Origin: Paraspadella gotoi | Taxonomy: Eukaryota > Animalia > Chaetognatha | Direction of reading: 5' to 3' | DNA: 41,717 nucleotides | Assembly: GCA_051294375.1 (NCBI GenBank) | Contig: JBJCIZ010000205.1 | Span: 1 to 41,717, forward strand | In this document: positions 26,220-38,880 of the stretch, in pieces | Layout of the letters: the number at the start of each line of letters is the position of its first letter | Position numbering within the stretch: the stretch's first letter is position 1 | Position numbers and translations under genes: made by a program | The notes under the pieces: generated by a model | Databases searched by the model: none | What the model saw: the letters and a program-made list of their open reading frames with translations, nothing else | What the model was told of the DNA's origin: nothing

Positions 26220-26545
26220 CATCGCAGTAGGAATCAAACGTCCAGAATCGAAATCGGCATCGGCGACGCGAGCAAACTCCGCGGGAAGTAGAATGGGAAC
26301 ATTTCTCATGGTCGAAAGACAGAACTGATCGGCCACATGCCGGCAGGGATGGGCTTCTTTCCGGCTGTTAAACTTACCTCTACTCGATCCGATCGCAGGG
26401 CCTATTTATAAATAGGGGACCCATAAAACCCATTCGCTACTTGATTTACTTGCCTCAGAATTGGGACACGTCTTGTATATCATTGTCTGATCTGAAGAAA
26501 TAAAATCCACTTTGGTCTAGAAAGTCCTCTGCATATTTACTTAAT
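26220..26545 (+). repeat. 5' LTR (~330 bp) of the plus-strand copy
   Basis: Homologous to the reverse complement of 17679-18034 (shared blocks: cagaatcgaaatcggcatcg, aaactccgc, cttctttccggctgt, ataaaatccactttggt, tatttacNtaat). Contains TATAAATA (26407-26414) and AATAAA (26499-26504) and is followed by a PBS. Confidence 0.85.
26401..26416 (+). promoter_or_regulatory. LTR TATA box within a perfect 16-bp palindrome
   Basis: cctatttataaatagg is its own reverse complement and lies ~90 nt upstream of AATAAA inside the LTR. Confidence 0.55.
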
Positions 26546-26546
26546 G

Positions 26547-26566
26547 TGGGTGACAGGGTGGATTCG
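26547..26566 (+). promoter_or_regulatory. Primer binding site, tRNA-Leu-like
   Basis: tgggtgacagggtggattcg directly after the LTR resembles the complement of tRNA-Leu 3' ends (TGGTGNCAGNNGTGGGATTCG), allowing for indels. Confidence 0.7.
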
Positions 26567-29500
26567 ATACACCACGTTCTCCGGGGAAGACAGAACGCAA
26601 GCTTACGCGCCAACAAGAACACGCACCCTTCATATGAAGATGGATTCGCCCGCGCCCAACGATTCCCACCTTGCCGAACCAGGTGGAAGAAAGGGCTGCG
26701 ACGCCAATCAAGCTGCCGCGCCAACACAGACTGGTTGAGCAGAGCTCGCCCTGCGGATCATCGAGTTTCCACACATCTCGAAACTACGAGCTATTTGCAG
26801 CGCACTGCCAACATTCGGGCAATTTGAGCACGGCGAGGAGGTCACCCTCCAAATGCTCCATAGCATCATCAACTGATTGTCAAACTTTGCAAACAGGCAA
26901 GAAATGGGCTGTCCTCAAAGTCGCGTTAAGGACTTGTGAGGCCGGCCTTGGATCAGAAGCATTGACGATCTCCGCATGGCATGATGAAAAGATTGATGAC
27001 CCAAGGTCAGCAGCAACAGCCAACGGAGACCGGTTCAATAAAGACTCAAGGGTTGGCCCAAACCGACCCCTCCCGGAGATCTCCCACCTTCGCGACGCCT
27101 GGCACGCCATGAAGTCAACCCCCTAGAACCTTCCTCAGCGCAAACCACAGACAGTGTTTTTGCCAAATCCTCGCGGAAAACCCACCATCGAGGGTGGAAG
27201 GGAGCGACCCCACCTTCACTATTCCCCGTGCTGAGCAGCCGAATAAAGCTCGAAAAAAGGAGGTCACGACGAATCCTCCGGGGCGGAATTCTCAGAAGTT
27301 TTTACGAAGGCCTTCAAGGGACTCACGACGCCAGATTAAAGCTGGGACAGAACTCGCGCCCTTCTCGCAGAGATAAAATCGCCAGCGATACCGTCGAACC
27401 TATAAATCAATCAATGTGGGTGGGACAGCTAAGGGCATTCTGCGAGGGGCCTTCCACCATAAGCGCTTACCGAGGCCTCGCCGACTGGCAAAAAAATCGA
27501 AGTGGGACGCGCAGATCCCACGCAAGAATATGGCTGGCACTGGTCAGCACGCCGCCCAAGGAGAATTTCGCGGCAGTCAGGGAAAAAGACAGGGCTCCAT
27601 TCCCTGACTTATGTCACCTAAATTGCTCGTGGAAGCCCTTGAACCCTACGTGCCCTGAATCACGTCAGAGACTTTGGAAGTGGACGACGCTGCTCTAAAC
27701 AATGGCGAAAACTCGTCGCTTAGGAAAGCGACTAGAGTATAAACTAAGAGGTACTCACAAAAGACCTCCGACGTCGGCTGTCAGGAAAATCGTCAGACTG
27801 TGTTGGAAGAACGATAAAGAAAATGTCGCAATGCTCTGGTGCAAAAGGGGGCAGACCGACAAGGGATCCGTACGCCAGCGCCACATTCATGTTTATCCAA
27901 GGTCAATGTTGCAGGAAGGGATGACAAATGAGCGAGAGTGCCATGAAGAGCTCAAGGAAGGAGTTAGGGAGGAGACGGACGTCAAAGGCCGACGTCGAGA
28001 GGACGCTTACTGGAGACGCCGGGAGCGACGTTGAGCCCCAAACAGGGGCAACAGGAAAAAAAGCTCTGTACAGAATCGGCGCTGGAAAACGACTCAAAAA
28101 GCAAGCGTTGGCCGACGTGACGAAAGAAAAGAAGGAGAAAGCGCATTTCGGGGAAAAGGAGAGACATTGTTTAAATATTTAACCATGCTGTTGATGTTGA
28201 CTCTGCCTCTGATCTTGTACAATAAAAACGATTTTTATTACAACCGTGTCATATAGCAAAGAAAATGAGGAGAGATGAGAAAGAAAGACAAGAAAAACAA
28301 GCTAAAAGATTACTTACTAAGGAGCTGGAGAAAAAAGTGGATGGCCGATTAACACAAGGATGTTAACACCACCTCAGAGGAAAAGTAACCTGGTGGCACA
28401 GCAAAAAACTAAGGGCAAATCTACAGCATCGAGAATGTTCAAGCTTTTCAGACCCCTTGACGCCAACGAAATTTGCCCTCGCAACAAGATGTCATCACAA
28501 GATGGGTTGGAAAGAGTGGTCCCTCGCAGATATGGCTGGAAAGGAAGCATCATGTTCGCAGATCAAAGAGCCTGCGCCATAGTTACGAGGAGGGAAAAGC
28601 GAAACGACGCCAAATCATCTTAATCGCCAATCATCCAATCAATGCCAACAGCCGGATAAATCAAAGTCAAGCTCAACAAATCAAGTTACTCGACTCTCCC
28701 AATTCTACTGACCATCACTCGACCATATCAATCAAGGTCACCAGATTGTTCTCGCCCGATCGCCTTTTCCTCACCCACAAAAAAGGAAATAGGCAAACCC
28801 AACAAATAAGCGGGGAAAGGTTGGGCTTGGAAACTAAGGCCAGCGGCTAGCAAAGACATCCACATATTGCATAATAAGCGCGGCGAACAAACTGGAGAAA
28901 TCGCGTTCACCAGGCTACAATCAGACAGTAGCACACAGGAGTGTCACCAACCCGGAAACCTTCTCTACCTGTAAAAACCAAAGCGGAAAACCTACGAGAG
29001 ACGAAAGACTTGCCTGGCCTTCCGGAAGTCATCACCCACACATTGCAAGAGACCTGGACCCAAACCAGGGACGAGCAAGAACCTCGCTTGCCACACAGGA
29101 CGGCAAAGCTACATGCCCGCGGTTAATCGCGAGGGGCGCCCGCTAGACTGCTTATCATCGATACGGCGCGCTCAATCAACACGGTGCCAAGAAAATTTCG
29201 TTAGAAAAGTGGGGATTTTGTCTAGCCACAATCTACCGACGGAACGCCGCTAACGCATTACCACGGCCCACCCGGGAAACATCAACTTTAAACAGAAGGA
29301 AATCAACCTAAGGGTGATGTTTCAAAATGGGGTATTACGGAAATTTTTTAGTGTCAGCTGACGAAAACGACAATGACATTAATTCATTGAACCGCCATCA
29401 CCAACCAGGCCCGCCGAACCAACCTGGGTAGTACAAATCCGTCCGACAAAAGGCAAGATTTGCAAATCAGCTTCAATGGATAATGCAAACCACGGTCACA

Positions 29501-32500
29501 CACTTGTTCGAGAACAAGTATTGAGGCGTGGAAAGCTGGCAAAGATGGCTTGCCACGAGCGAAGCATAGGATGAACAAACAACTTGCCTCTTACACGCCG
29601 AAAGGAGACCAAGATGAAAGATTGGTTACATCCAACAAGGCCTTCTGAAACTCCTGATCGGGACGCGATTGGATCATCGGGCCCGAAATATGAGATAAAA
29701 TTAAATACAACTCTTTTACGGCGGGCGGATGAAGAGGGGCGCCTCTCCCCATAGTGCAGGACGCTCTCTCGCGACTGTTCACTGCGGAGAGCGGCTCGCA
29801 CCTTAATCACCTTTAATGCATGCTCCGCTAGTCTTATTTCTTTTCTTCACTTCTCGTCCTTCTATTGAATGCTGGTGCCTCTTATTTAATTGTATTCGGT
29901 CTTTTACACACACTCGTTTGCCTCTGTAACTTGTCGTATTCTAGCAAAAAAACTGTAATTACACTCGAAACCGACCGGGACACAGCCGACCAGTAACAGC
30001 TGACCTATACTGGATTGAGCCTCATCTCAGTAATAAGTCGCGCGATACATAATAATCTCTGTGGTGGTTCTATCACTCACGTGACTTCATAAGCCAAGTG
30101 GTATACTCCTCAGTTATTAGAGGAAGCTCGAATAAAAGGCGAAAACAAAATTCCACGACGACCAGGGAAAGAGCTTTTCATAAAGCCAGTGTGCTCATCG
30201 ACCTTGTCTCGCAGTGAGATAAAAAAGCCCACACTTGTCTGGACATAGTCATCGAGAAATATATCCGAGACTGTACTTTGGAGAGTGCGATCCAATCTGA
30301 CTAGTCAAAGAGTGGAGGTCAGCTCTATGTCTATGTCCCTTCGTCAGCACCAATGAGGAATATCTCCGAGGCCAAGTAAATTATTTTGATCAAGAGCAAT
30401 CGTTATATGCCGCTCCCTCAAATCTGGCGCTCTTTATTTAGACTCGCATCTTCCTTGTCTCCAGGACAAGAACGAGGTCCCATCCATTACGATTAATGAC
30501 CTCGCTCTCCCACATATAAAGCCAGACATATCGGCCGCCACAAAGACCCTAAGCAAAGTAATGAGATGACGCAATACCACCTGTGGGTCTGCGAGTTAAG
30601 GTCTGTGGATCTCTGCGAGCTCTCTCTGGTGGTGTGTTAATTAAACAATAGCATGATTTATACCCGACCAGTTAACCGCCAGATCTATATGCGTCCCAAA
30701 TATAGTGTAGGCCTGGTTGTAATAATATCTATAATACTTAAGCAGGATGCTAGAGTAGTGGATCTGGTGGTCGATCGTGTGTGACGCGTGGTCGCTCGGT
30801 GGAGTCGAGCGCTGTGTCTGGTATATCGTCTTTCAGGCGGATGTGGGTGTTTATGACTCTGGAGGTTATTGAGATCTCGTGGCGCACGGTTCGGCTGGGG
30901 CTGGGCGCGAGGTAGACTGGTGGTCGCACGATAGCTCCGTGACTCTCGAGCTGCGCTCTCCCGTATAAGTGACAGCTTCCTCTGGTCAGTATATGCGTAT
31001 AAGCTAGTGTACAAAGGCCTTGCTGGTCATACAGTCGTCCATGGCAAATTCTGTACGAAATCTTTTCCTCTATACAGACCCTGTGTCCGGGAGAGTCCTC
31101 GATCGTGAAATGTTCGCTGTTACGTGTTATGATGTGATCTTGACAGCAATATCTCCACGTAGGACATCGTATATACTTACTCTCAATACTTCTTACATTA
31201 TATATGCACTCAGATCTTGAGACGCTCACTCCACCTCGCTGACTATAAGATTGGTAGGTGATTGGCTGCACACTCATTGGATATCAAAATCCTGGGCTTT
31301 GCATCTCCAAAAGGCAAACCTGGCTTACCCACAAAGGATATATAGCTTCCGGATGCCCGTCCGACAGTGCAGACTGAAGCCACGCTCCAAAACGCAAAAG
31401 AGAGCCGCCTGTAGGGTCCTCGGACAGACTCTGAGCTCAACTCTCTGTATCTCTATTATGCTCTCGTCTCTAATCTGTACAGTGCGCCTACCCTCAACTC
31501 TTCCTCACAGCGTCAATGCACCCAATAGCTCCAGTTCAGTGAGAGCCAAATCTTACTCGCTCCTCTCCTCTCTAGCTCGAAGCTCTCTAAATCGTTCATT
31601 CAGCCGATGGTGACTAATAGTGTTCTACTTCAATGACGCAAGGATCAAACATGGATACATGATTTATTGCCGAACGCCTCTGCGAAGCTGCATCTCCTGA
31701 CTACTACTCTTTCGCCACGCTCGAGCTAGTGTCGGATGGGTCCATATAGCGTGGTCCTCAATCTGGCCAGCATAGAAATAGATAAAGCATATCATACGTG
31801 CCCACTCACCGCTCCGCTCTATATTGATGTGGTCAACTGTCATCTCCGAAGGAGTGGATCCATCTATTAATCGGGCGATAACAAGTCACCTCCACTTCAG
31901 GCAATCAACACTCTATATATCCAAGAGGGTGATCCTCTATACAACTTAACAGGCAATCTGTGGCTCTCGTAGCACATATCTCGGATGTGATAACAGAGAT
32001 CAAACAAGAATGCCAGCCAAAAGAGGTCATTCTCGTCAAGAGTGTGATAGACAACCACGGGATGCACTTCTAACGATTCAGCAGATCAGGGAGTCATGGT
32101 GACGCCTCTCGACACACTTTCTTCCCAGCGGGTTTTTGATGTTAACGGAGATTACGAAACCAGGCTTTGAGAAAACCCTTGTATACGACAGCAAAACCCC
32201 AGAACACCTGCTCGAGTCATGCACGGAGATCCACTACTGGCAAAGTGGCAAAAGTGTTAGTGGAAGACGCCAAATACTGTTCAGAGCAAGAATTCTTTTG
32301 AGTTTCGTAAGACAAAAAAATTCTACAAAGAAGGCCATATCGAAAAATTATTATGGCAAGCCAAAAACGCAGGATTCCTGACACCCTTTTCAAGGACCAT
32401 ATCGGCCCAAAGACTGGAGTCTCGGTCACTCGAATTAGAACCATGGCTCAGCGACTGATGCGGTGGATAGACCATTAGTAGTGATGGATTGAAGATTTTC

Positions 32501-34861
32501 CACCAAGGAGGACAGTTGCAATTCGAGAGAAGTATATGGCTCCCCCAACAAACAAAAGGACCTAAAAATATTCAGCAGACCACATAAACTGGGCCAAGTC
32601 AGTAGTCTGATGATGAGAGCCGGCCACACCCACTCTGGCACCCGTCAGGCCTGGACCCATCCAACAATATTAAAACATCTGGATTCCCTTCAAAATACCC
32701 GGAACAGCACGTGACTAGTGCCATAAAAGTTCAACGGCAGCCAGCTACCGACACATTACGATCGGATCTCCCCGATGACTTCATTAATATCTAATTGGGA
32801 CCAGAGGCCACGAAAAATCCTCCAACGCCACCTCGCCCAAACCTCTCACAACCATAGAGGTTCGTGGAGGCGGCGCCAATCATGGAGCTTATTGATAGAT
32901 AGCACCCTCAGAGGCCGACGGTCATGGGTCGTCGAGCAATATCCGAGGTCGCCATGGAAATGCTGAACCACAGAAAAATGCTGAACTGTCCCGCTTGGCC
33001 AACCGAGATTAATAAAGATGGCAAAGTGAGGACGAATCTTTCAAACAATTCGAGCTTCTAAAGAGGCGACCGCGAAAAAGGCGAGAAAGACTTAGAACAA
33101 GAAAATTGCAAAAACGCCAAACAATCACGAAAAATATGTCCAATGCCAGTACGTGGACTGGACATCACCAACAACGACATTCTTATCATTAAAGGATTCA
33201 AAAGCTGACACGCCTCAAAGAATTCGCTTACTCCGCCACACAAAAAGCCGGAACATCCATCACCCAAACGTTTTCCGATGAACGAACTTTGGACATCCAG
33301 GCGCGAGTCGGAACAGCATTCATTACCGCTCAGGTATATCTCTGGCCCCTGGATTCATCAGCTGCTTTGCAAGCAAAGAGCCTCAGAAACGGATTAACTG
33401 CGCAAGAACAGACAACAAGACATAATGGGAGACGCGTCAGCCCCAAACCTCGCCATTCACACGCCTTGGAATCGCTAGCAATTGAGTTCATTGTGCATCT
33501 CCCGCTAGTTGGGCCGGATCATGAGTTACGATATTGGTCAGCGTCACACTACTGTAACCGCAGATTCTGCTACACCGCTTCGGGGCGCATCCATTATGCG
33601 TCGGTCTGATTGCCGCGCACGAATAGTAAAGAACCCTCGACGAAGAAGATCTTCATCAGACACGCGGATCCGTTTACATGCGATACGTCGAAATTTCAGC
33701 ATCGCGAGTGCATACACAGTAAACGGAATCAGCATGAAATCATACCATTCGTGCCGATACTGGGAAATGAAGGCGTCCTCGTTAGGGCGAAAAGACTAGT
33801 AATAGGGGAGAGTAGGGGACATAGGCGATCCCAAGCTCTGCCGGCAAAGCTGTGGATGATTCAACCCAGCAGAGGCGTCGGACAGGCTGCGCCACATTTG
33901 ATGTACTGCCTCCCTGCAACCGACTCCTATAGTTGGGCTGGAAACACGGACATGTCGCCACATGGAATGCCTCCGTTTGGTTTCACAGACGAGAATAGCT
34001 TAGAAGCGCAGACGATTTCACAAAGAGGAAACTTATTCGACTTCATCAGACAAAGGGCGACAAACAGGAAGGCCCAAGCACAGCTGGGGGAGACCAAGTA
34101 TGTCAGGAGAACGAATAACTGCTACAAACCAATCATGGCCAGAAGGAAACCCATATAAGAAACCTGGAAGAAATCAAGCGTCGGGTGTCTGGGTCCTAGC
34201 CAGACGAGATCGTGATACATGATCGGGACCTAGGCCACAACCGGAAATAAGTGTTAAAAAGGATAATATTCAGGCCCTCAAAGGTTTATAGAAAGATGAC
34301 GAAATCACCTATGTGTCTCGTGATTAGCTGGTGTCGAAACCTGAATATATCACAGACGTCGCCTCAAGACTAACACGAAAAAGAAGCCAGGCCCGAATAG
34401 GATAATCCCATCTCTCGATGTAAATACCAAAAGAGTATAATAGAAGTTAGAGACACAAAAAGGACGCGAGGCGAAAAACAAAAAGAAACAAAAAAAAAAA
34501 AGCCAGAAAAACAAGATAACAAAAGACGTCCAAAACGATACACAAAAGACGCGACGGTCGAAAACCAGAGAAAGCCACGAGAACAAGATGGAACAAAGAG
34601 ACGTCCAAAACGACGCGAGACGGAAGAAGAACCAAAGCATCAACGTAAGCCCCGTCTCACACATAATAATAAAGCCAAAAGACAGAAACACTAAAGGCCA
34701 ACACCGGAACCATGTCGAGTATAAAAAAGGGACCAGGAGAGACAAGCAAACTTTGCATTCGAGGATATGCTCCTCTCATACTCCACCTCTCCAGAGAAAC
34801 AAAAAAAATATAAATTGGTATTCTCTCTTCTCGCTCTCAAGAAGAAAAGAAGAAACAAATC

Positions 34862-35086
34862 AAAAGTCTTTTTAAAGACTAGCCAACGTCTTTTCAAGAC
34901 TATTCTCTAAAAAGATCCAAAAACAAAACTATATATTTAATAACCAAAGGTCTTTTTTAAAGACTAAGCCCAAAAGTTTTTCAAGACTATTCTAAAACAA
35001 GATCAAAAAAAATATAATAATAACCAAAGAGTCTTTTTTAAAGGGACTAAGCCCAAAGTTTTTTTAAGGATAATTCTAAAAAGATC
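34862..35086 (+). repeat. ~80-bp tandem repeat, about 3 copies, downstream of integrase
   Basis: Unit aaagtctttttaaagactaagcc..aagttttcaagactattctaaaaagatc..aaaa..tataataacc repeated until the N gap. Confidence 0.88.
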
Positions 35087-35111
35087 NNNNNNNNNNNNNN
35101 NNNNNNNNNNN

Positions 35112-36355
35112 GAGGGCCTGAATATATCCTTTTTACTTTATTTCCGGTTGTGGCCGTCCCGGTCATTATCAGATCTCGTCTGGCTAGGACCAGATCACCG
35201 ANNNNNNNNNNNNNNNNNNNNNNNNNNNNNNNNNNNNNNNNNNNNNNNNNNNNNNNNNNNNNNNNNNNNNNNNNNNNNNNNNNNNNNNNNNNNNNNNNNN
35301 NNNNNNNNNNNNNNNNNNNNNNNNNNNNNNNNNNNNNNNNNNNNNNNNNNNNNNNNNNNNNNNNNNNNNNNNNNNNNNNNNNNNNNNNNNNNNNNNNNNN
35401 NNNNNNNNNNNNNNNNNNNNNNNNNNNNNNNNNNNNNNNNNNNNNNNNNNNNNNNNNNNNNNNNNNGATTGAGTATTGATTTCATGGCTGATCCGTTTAG
35501 CTGTGTTGCACCATCGAAATTCACTTCCATGTAAGATCCGTGTTGGAGGAAGATCTTTTCGTCGANNNNNNNNNNNNNNNNNNNNNNNNNNNNNNNNNNN
35601 NNNNNNNNNNNNNNNNNNNNNNNNNNNNNNNNNNNNNNNNNNNNNNNNNNNNNNNNNNNNNNNNNNNNNNNNNNNNNNNNNNNNNNNNNNNNNNNNNNNN
35701 NNNNNNNNNNNNNNNNNNNNNNNNNNNNNNNNNNNNNNNNNNNNNNNNNNNNNNNNNNNNNNNNNNNNNNNNNNNNNNNNNNNNNNNNNNNNNNNTATGT
35801 CTTTGTGTGTCTGTTGCTTTGGCGCAGTTATCACAGTTTCTGAGGCACTTTGCTGCAGCAGCTGATAATCCAGGGGCCGAGATATACTNNNNNNNNNNNN
35901 NNNNNNNNNNNNNNNNNNNNNNNNNNNNNNNNNNNNNNNNNNNNNNNNNNNNNNNNNNNNNNNNNNNNNNNNNNNNNNNNNNNNNNNNNNNNNNNNNNNN
36001 NNNNNNNNNNNNNNNNNNNNNNNNNNNNNNNNNNNNNNNNNNNNNNNNNNNNNNNNNNNNNNNNNNNNNNNNNNNNNNNNNNNNNNNNNNNNNNNNNNNN
36101 NNNNNNNTGAAAACGTTTGGTGATGATTTCCGCTTTTTGGGCGGGTAAGACGAATTTCTTTGTAGGCGTGTCAGCTTTGAATCCTTTAATGATAAGAATG
36201 TCGTTGTTGGTGATGTCCAGGTCGTCTAGGCAATTTGACAAGTATTTTTCGGTGATTGTTTTGCNNNNNNNNNNTTTCTTGTCTAAGTCTTGTCTCGCCT
36301 TTTCGCGGTCGCCTCCTTTTAAGGCGTCGATAATTAGTTTGAAAGATTCGTCCTC
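35112..36355 (-). CDS. pol: Integrase (zinc finger, DDE core, GPY/F module), largely N-masked
   Basis: EDESFKLIIDALK; KFVLPAQKAEIITKRF(H); APGLSAAAAKCLRNCDNC (CxxC 35824-35835); IFLQHGSYMEVNFDGATQL; GDLVLARRDL..KVKRIYSGP. The plus copy shows GHPGASR at ~33290. Confidence 0.9.
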
Positions 36356-37028
36356 NNNNNNNNNNNNNNNNNTCTCGGTGGCAAGCGGGACGAGTTCAGG
36401 CCGTTTTTCCTGTGGTTCAGCAATTTCCATGGCGACCTCGGCTTCTGTGGCATCNNNNNNNNNNTCGAGGGTGCTATCTATCATAAGCTCCTGATTGGCG
36501 CCGGCCTCCACGACCTCTATGGTGTGAGAGGTTTGGGCGAGTGGCGTTGTGGGATTTTCGGTGGCCTCTGGTCCCAATTGGATATTAATGAAGTCATGTG
36601 GGAGTGCGTCAATGTGTCGGGTGTCTGCCTTGAAAACTTTTGGCCGTCCCCTGCGTTCCGGGTATTTGAGGGAATCGATTTTTATATTTTGGATGGGTCC
36701 TAGGCTGACGGGTCGCAGTGGGGTGGTCCGGCTCTCATNNNNNNNNNNGCTGACTTGCCCAGTTATCGTTCTGAATATTTTTAGTGTCCTTTTGTTTGTT
36801 GGGGAGCCATATATTCTCTCGAACTTGCAACCTGTCTCCTTGGTGGNNNNNNNNNNNNNNNNNNNNNNNNNTTGGAATCTTCAATCCATCATGAACAATA
36901 TGGTTATCCCGGTAATCTCGCCTGAGGCATTTCTTAATTCGGTGGTGACCAGAGGACTCCAGTCTATTGGTCCGATAATGGTCCTGATAAAAGTGTCAGG
37001 ATCCTTCGTTTTGGCTATTGCCATATAA

Positions 37029-37285
37029 TTTTTTCAGATATTAGGCCTTCTTTGTAAGAATTGCTTACAAACTCAAAGAATTTTGCTCTGAAAAGTTTTA
37101 GGCAGTCTCCTTCCACTAACACTTTTTGCCACTAATGCCAGTGGTTGGGGCATGATATCTCTCTCTTTTTCGATATTGGCCTTCTTTTGTAAGAATTTTT
37201 GTCTTACAAACTCAAAGAATTTTGCTCTGAAAGTTTTGGCGTCTTCCACTAACACTTTTGCCACTAATGCCAGTGTTGGGGCATG
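37029..37285. repeat. ~120-bp tandem duplication within pol (37029-37154 vs 37166-37285)
   Basis: Direct repeat of ttttc(a)gatatt...ttggggcatg; present only once in the plus copy (32230-32350). Confidence 0.88.
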
Positions 37286-37431
37286 TCCCGTGATGAGCTC
37301 CAGGTGTTCTGGGTTTTGCTGGTCGTATACAGGGTTTTCTGCAAAGCCTGGTTCGTAATCTCCGGTTACATCAAAACCCGCTGGGAAGAAAGGTGTGTCG
37401 AGAGGCGTCACCTGACCCTGATCTGTGAATC

Positions 37432-37835
37432 NNNNNNNNNNNNNNNNNNNNNNNNNNNNNNNNNNNNNNNNNNNNNNNNNNNNNNNNNNNNNNNNNNNNN
37501 NNNNNNNNNNNNNNNATCTCAGCACGTTTGTGGGTAACAGCTGTTGTCTGTCATGTTGTAGATCCATCACCCTCTTGAAATATTGTGAATCTGTGACTAG
37601 AGTGACGTTTCGCCCGCAGGTGTAGCCTTTGAACTTACGAACCATCATATTAAAAGNNNNNNNNNNTAGGACGTTGATATGCTTTATCCTATATTCATCT
37701 GGGAAAGATTTTGAATGGAATGACAATGGATATTCGACGCCATCTGCCGTGGCGGTAATTAGTCNNNNNNNNNNNNNNNNNNNNNNNNNNNNNNNNNNNN
37801 NNNNNNNNNNNNNNNNNNNNNNNNNNNNNNNNNNN
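37432..37835 (-). CDS. pol: Ty3/Gypsy-type RNase H domain (partly N-masked)
   Basis: GVEYPLSFHSKSF...HINVL...MVRKFKGYTCGRNVTLVTDSQ matches the Gypsy RNase H pattern P(I/V)AFxSRxL...KFxxYLxGxxFxLxTDH. Confidence 0.88.
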
Positions 37836-37938
37836 AAGTTTAGTCCAGGTGATGACCTTATCTCTTCGACGAGCAGCTGTAGCATCTCCATGTGCTTTGC
37901 TGTCAGCTTGAACTCCTTTTNNNNNNNNNNNNNNNNNN

Positions 37939-38880
37939 CGTGAAGAGGTTGGGCAATGTAGGAAAAACGATGTGTGAAGCATCTGTAGTAATTCAGTGAT
38001 GCCAACATTGCCCTAAGCTCCTTTTGCGTTTTGAGCGTCTTCAGTTTGACTTCGACGGCATCGAGCTTTTCCCTTTGTGGTAAGAGTTTGCTTTTGGAGA
38101 TGCTAAAGCCCAGGATTTTGATATCTTCCTTGCGCAATAGCACACTTTTTGTCCATTTGAGGACTACGTTCTCGTCTCTGCATCTTTGTAAGAGATCACG
38201 TAGCCTTTGAGCCATGTCCTCTGGAGATTTTGCTGTCAAGACTCAGACATCACGTACGTAGACAAAGGAAACTCTACGTCGGTCCCCAGTAGGTCTTGAG
38301 AAGATTTCGTCAGAATTGACTGGAGGACGTTGACGCTGTTTACTCCTCCCATGGGCAGCTTGTTCATCACACAGTTGTGGCCGGCTCCGGCGAAGGTTGT
38401 AACTGGTTTGCATCGGTCTGAGAGATTGACCTGGTGGAAGCAAGCTAAGATATCCACTGAACATTGGAGTTCGTGTGGCTTATNNNNNNNNNNTATTGAC
38501 GCTATGGTCTGCGGTTCTGTCGCGTAAGTGGAAATATTGTTATTAACGGCTGAGAGATCACAGATTAATCGCCACTGTTTTGCAAAGGTCTCGTCATTCA
38601 TTTGGTCTTGGCCTTCGGCGATATGTCCTGGCTTTTNNNNNNNNNNNNNNNNNNAATAGGCCTCGTTCCTTGTCCTGGAGACGATGCCAGCCTTCTCATA
38701 AACTTCCAGATATCGTTTGAGGGCGGCCTTTTTGACGGGTCCTTGATTGGCGAATTTTGGCTTCGGGAGATCCTCATTGGTGTAGCCCAGGTCTACTCTG
38801 TAGTTNNNNNNNNNNTCTTTGCAGTCATTGATCGACTCTCCAAATACATCTCGATAATCCCATACTATGTCCCAGACAAG
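37939..38880 (-). CDS. pol: Reverse transcriptase domain (frameshifts near 38880 and 38245, probably sequence errors)
   Basis: WRLICDLSAVN, CSVDILACFHQV, PVTTF, KLPMGGVNS, LKWTKS, ILGFSIS, NYYRCF. The YxDD motif is garbled at ~38245-38260. The plus copy at 31121-31148 (tacgtgttatgatgtgatcttgacagca) suggests YVDDVILTA. Confidence 0.93.

Larger units (their letters stand above)
26220..35086 (+). mobile_element. Second, inverted copy of the same Gypsy element (5' LTR, PBS, gag-pol, post-pol repeats); heavily indel-damaged
   Basis: Colinear with the reverse complement of 35112-41717. Anchors: 27194/41699; 28184-28250/40663-40735; 29440-29530/39420-39500; 32240-32350/37170-37260; 34181-34279/35112-35200. 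Confidence 0.93.

Noticed and set aside
29710-32000. Novel insert within the plus-strand copy
   Set aside because: Anchors at ~29960, 30120-30310, 31121 and 31260 still match pol; this is a low-quality stretch of the same sequence.
37029-37154. True stop of pol at 37073 or a real internal repeat
   Set aside because: The stop lies in a noisy duplicate that is absent from the plus-strand copy.
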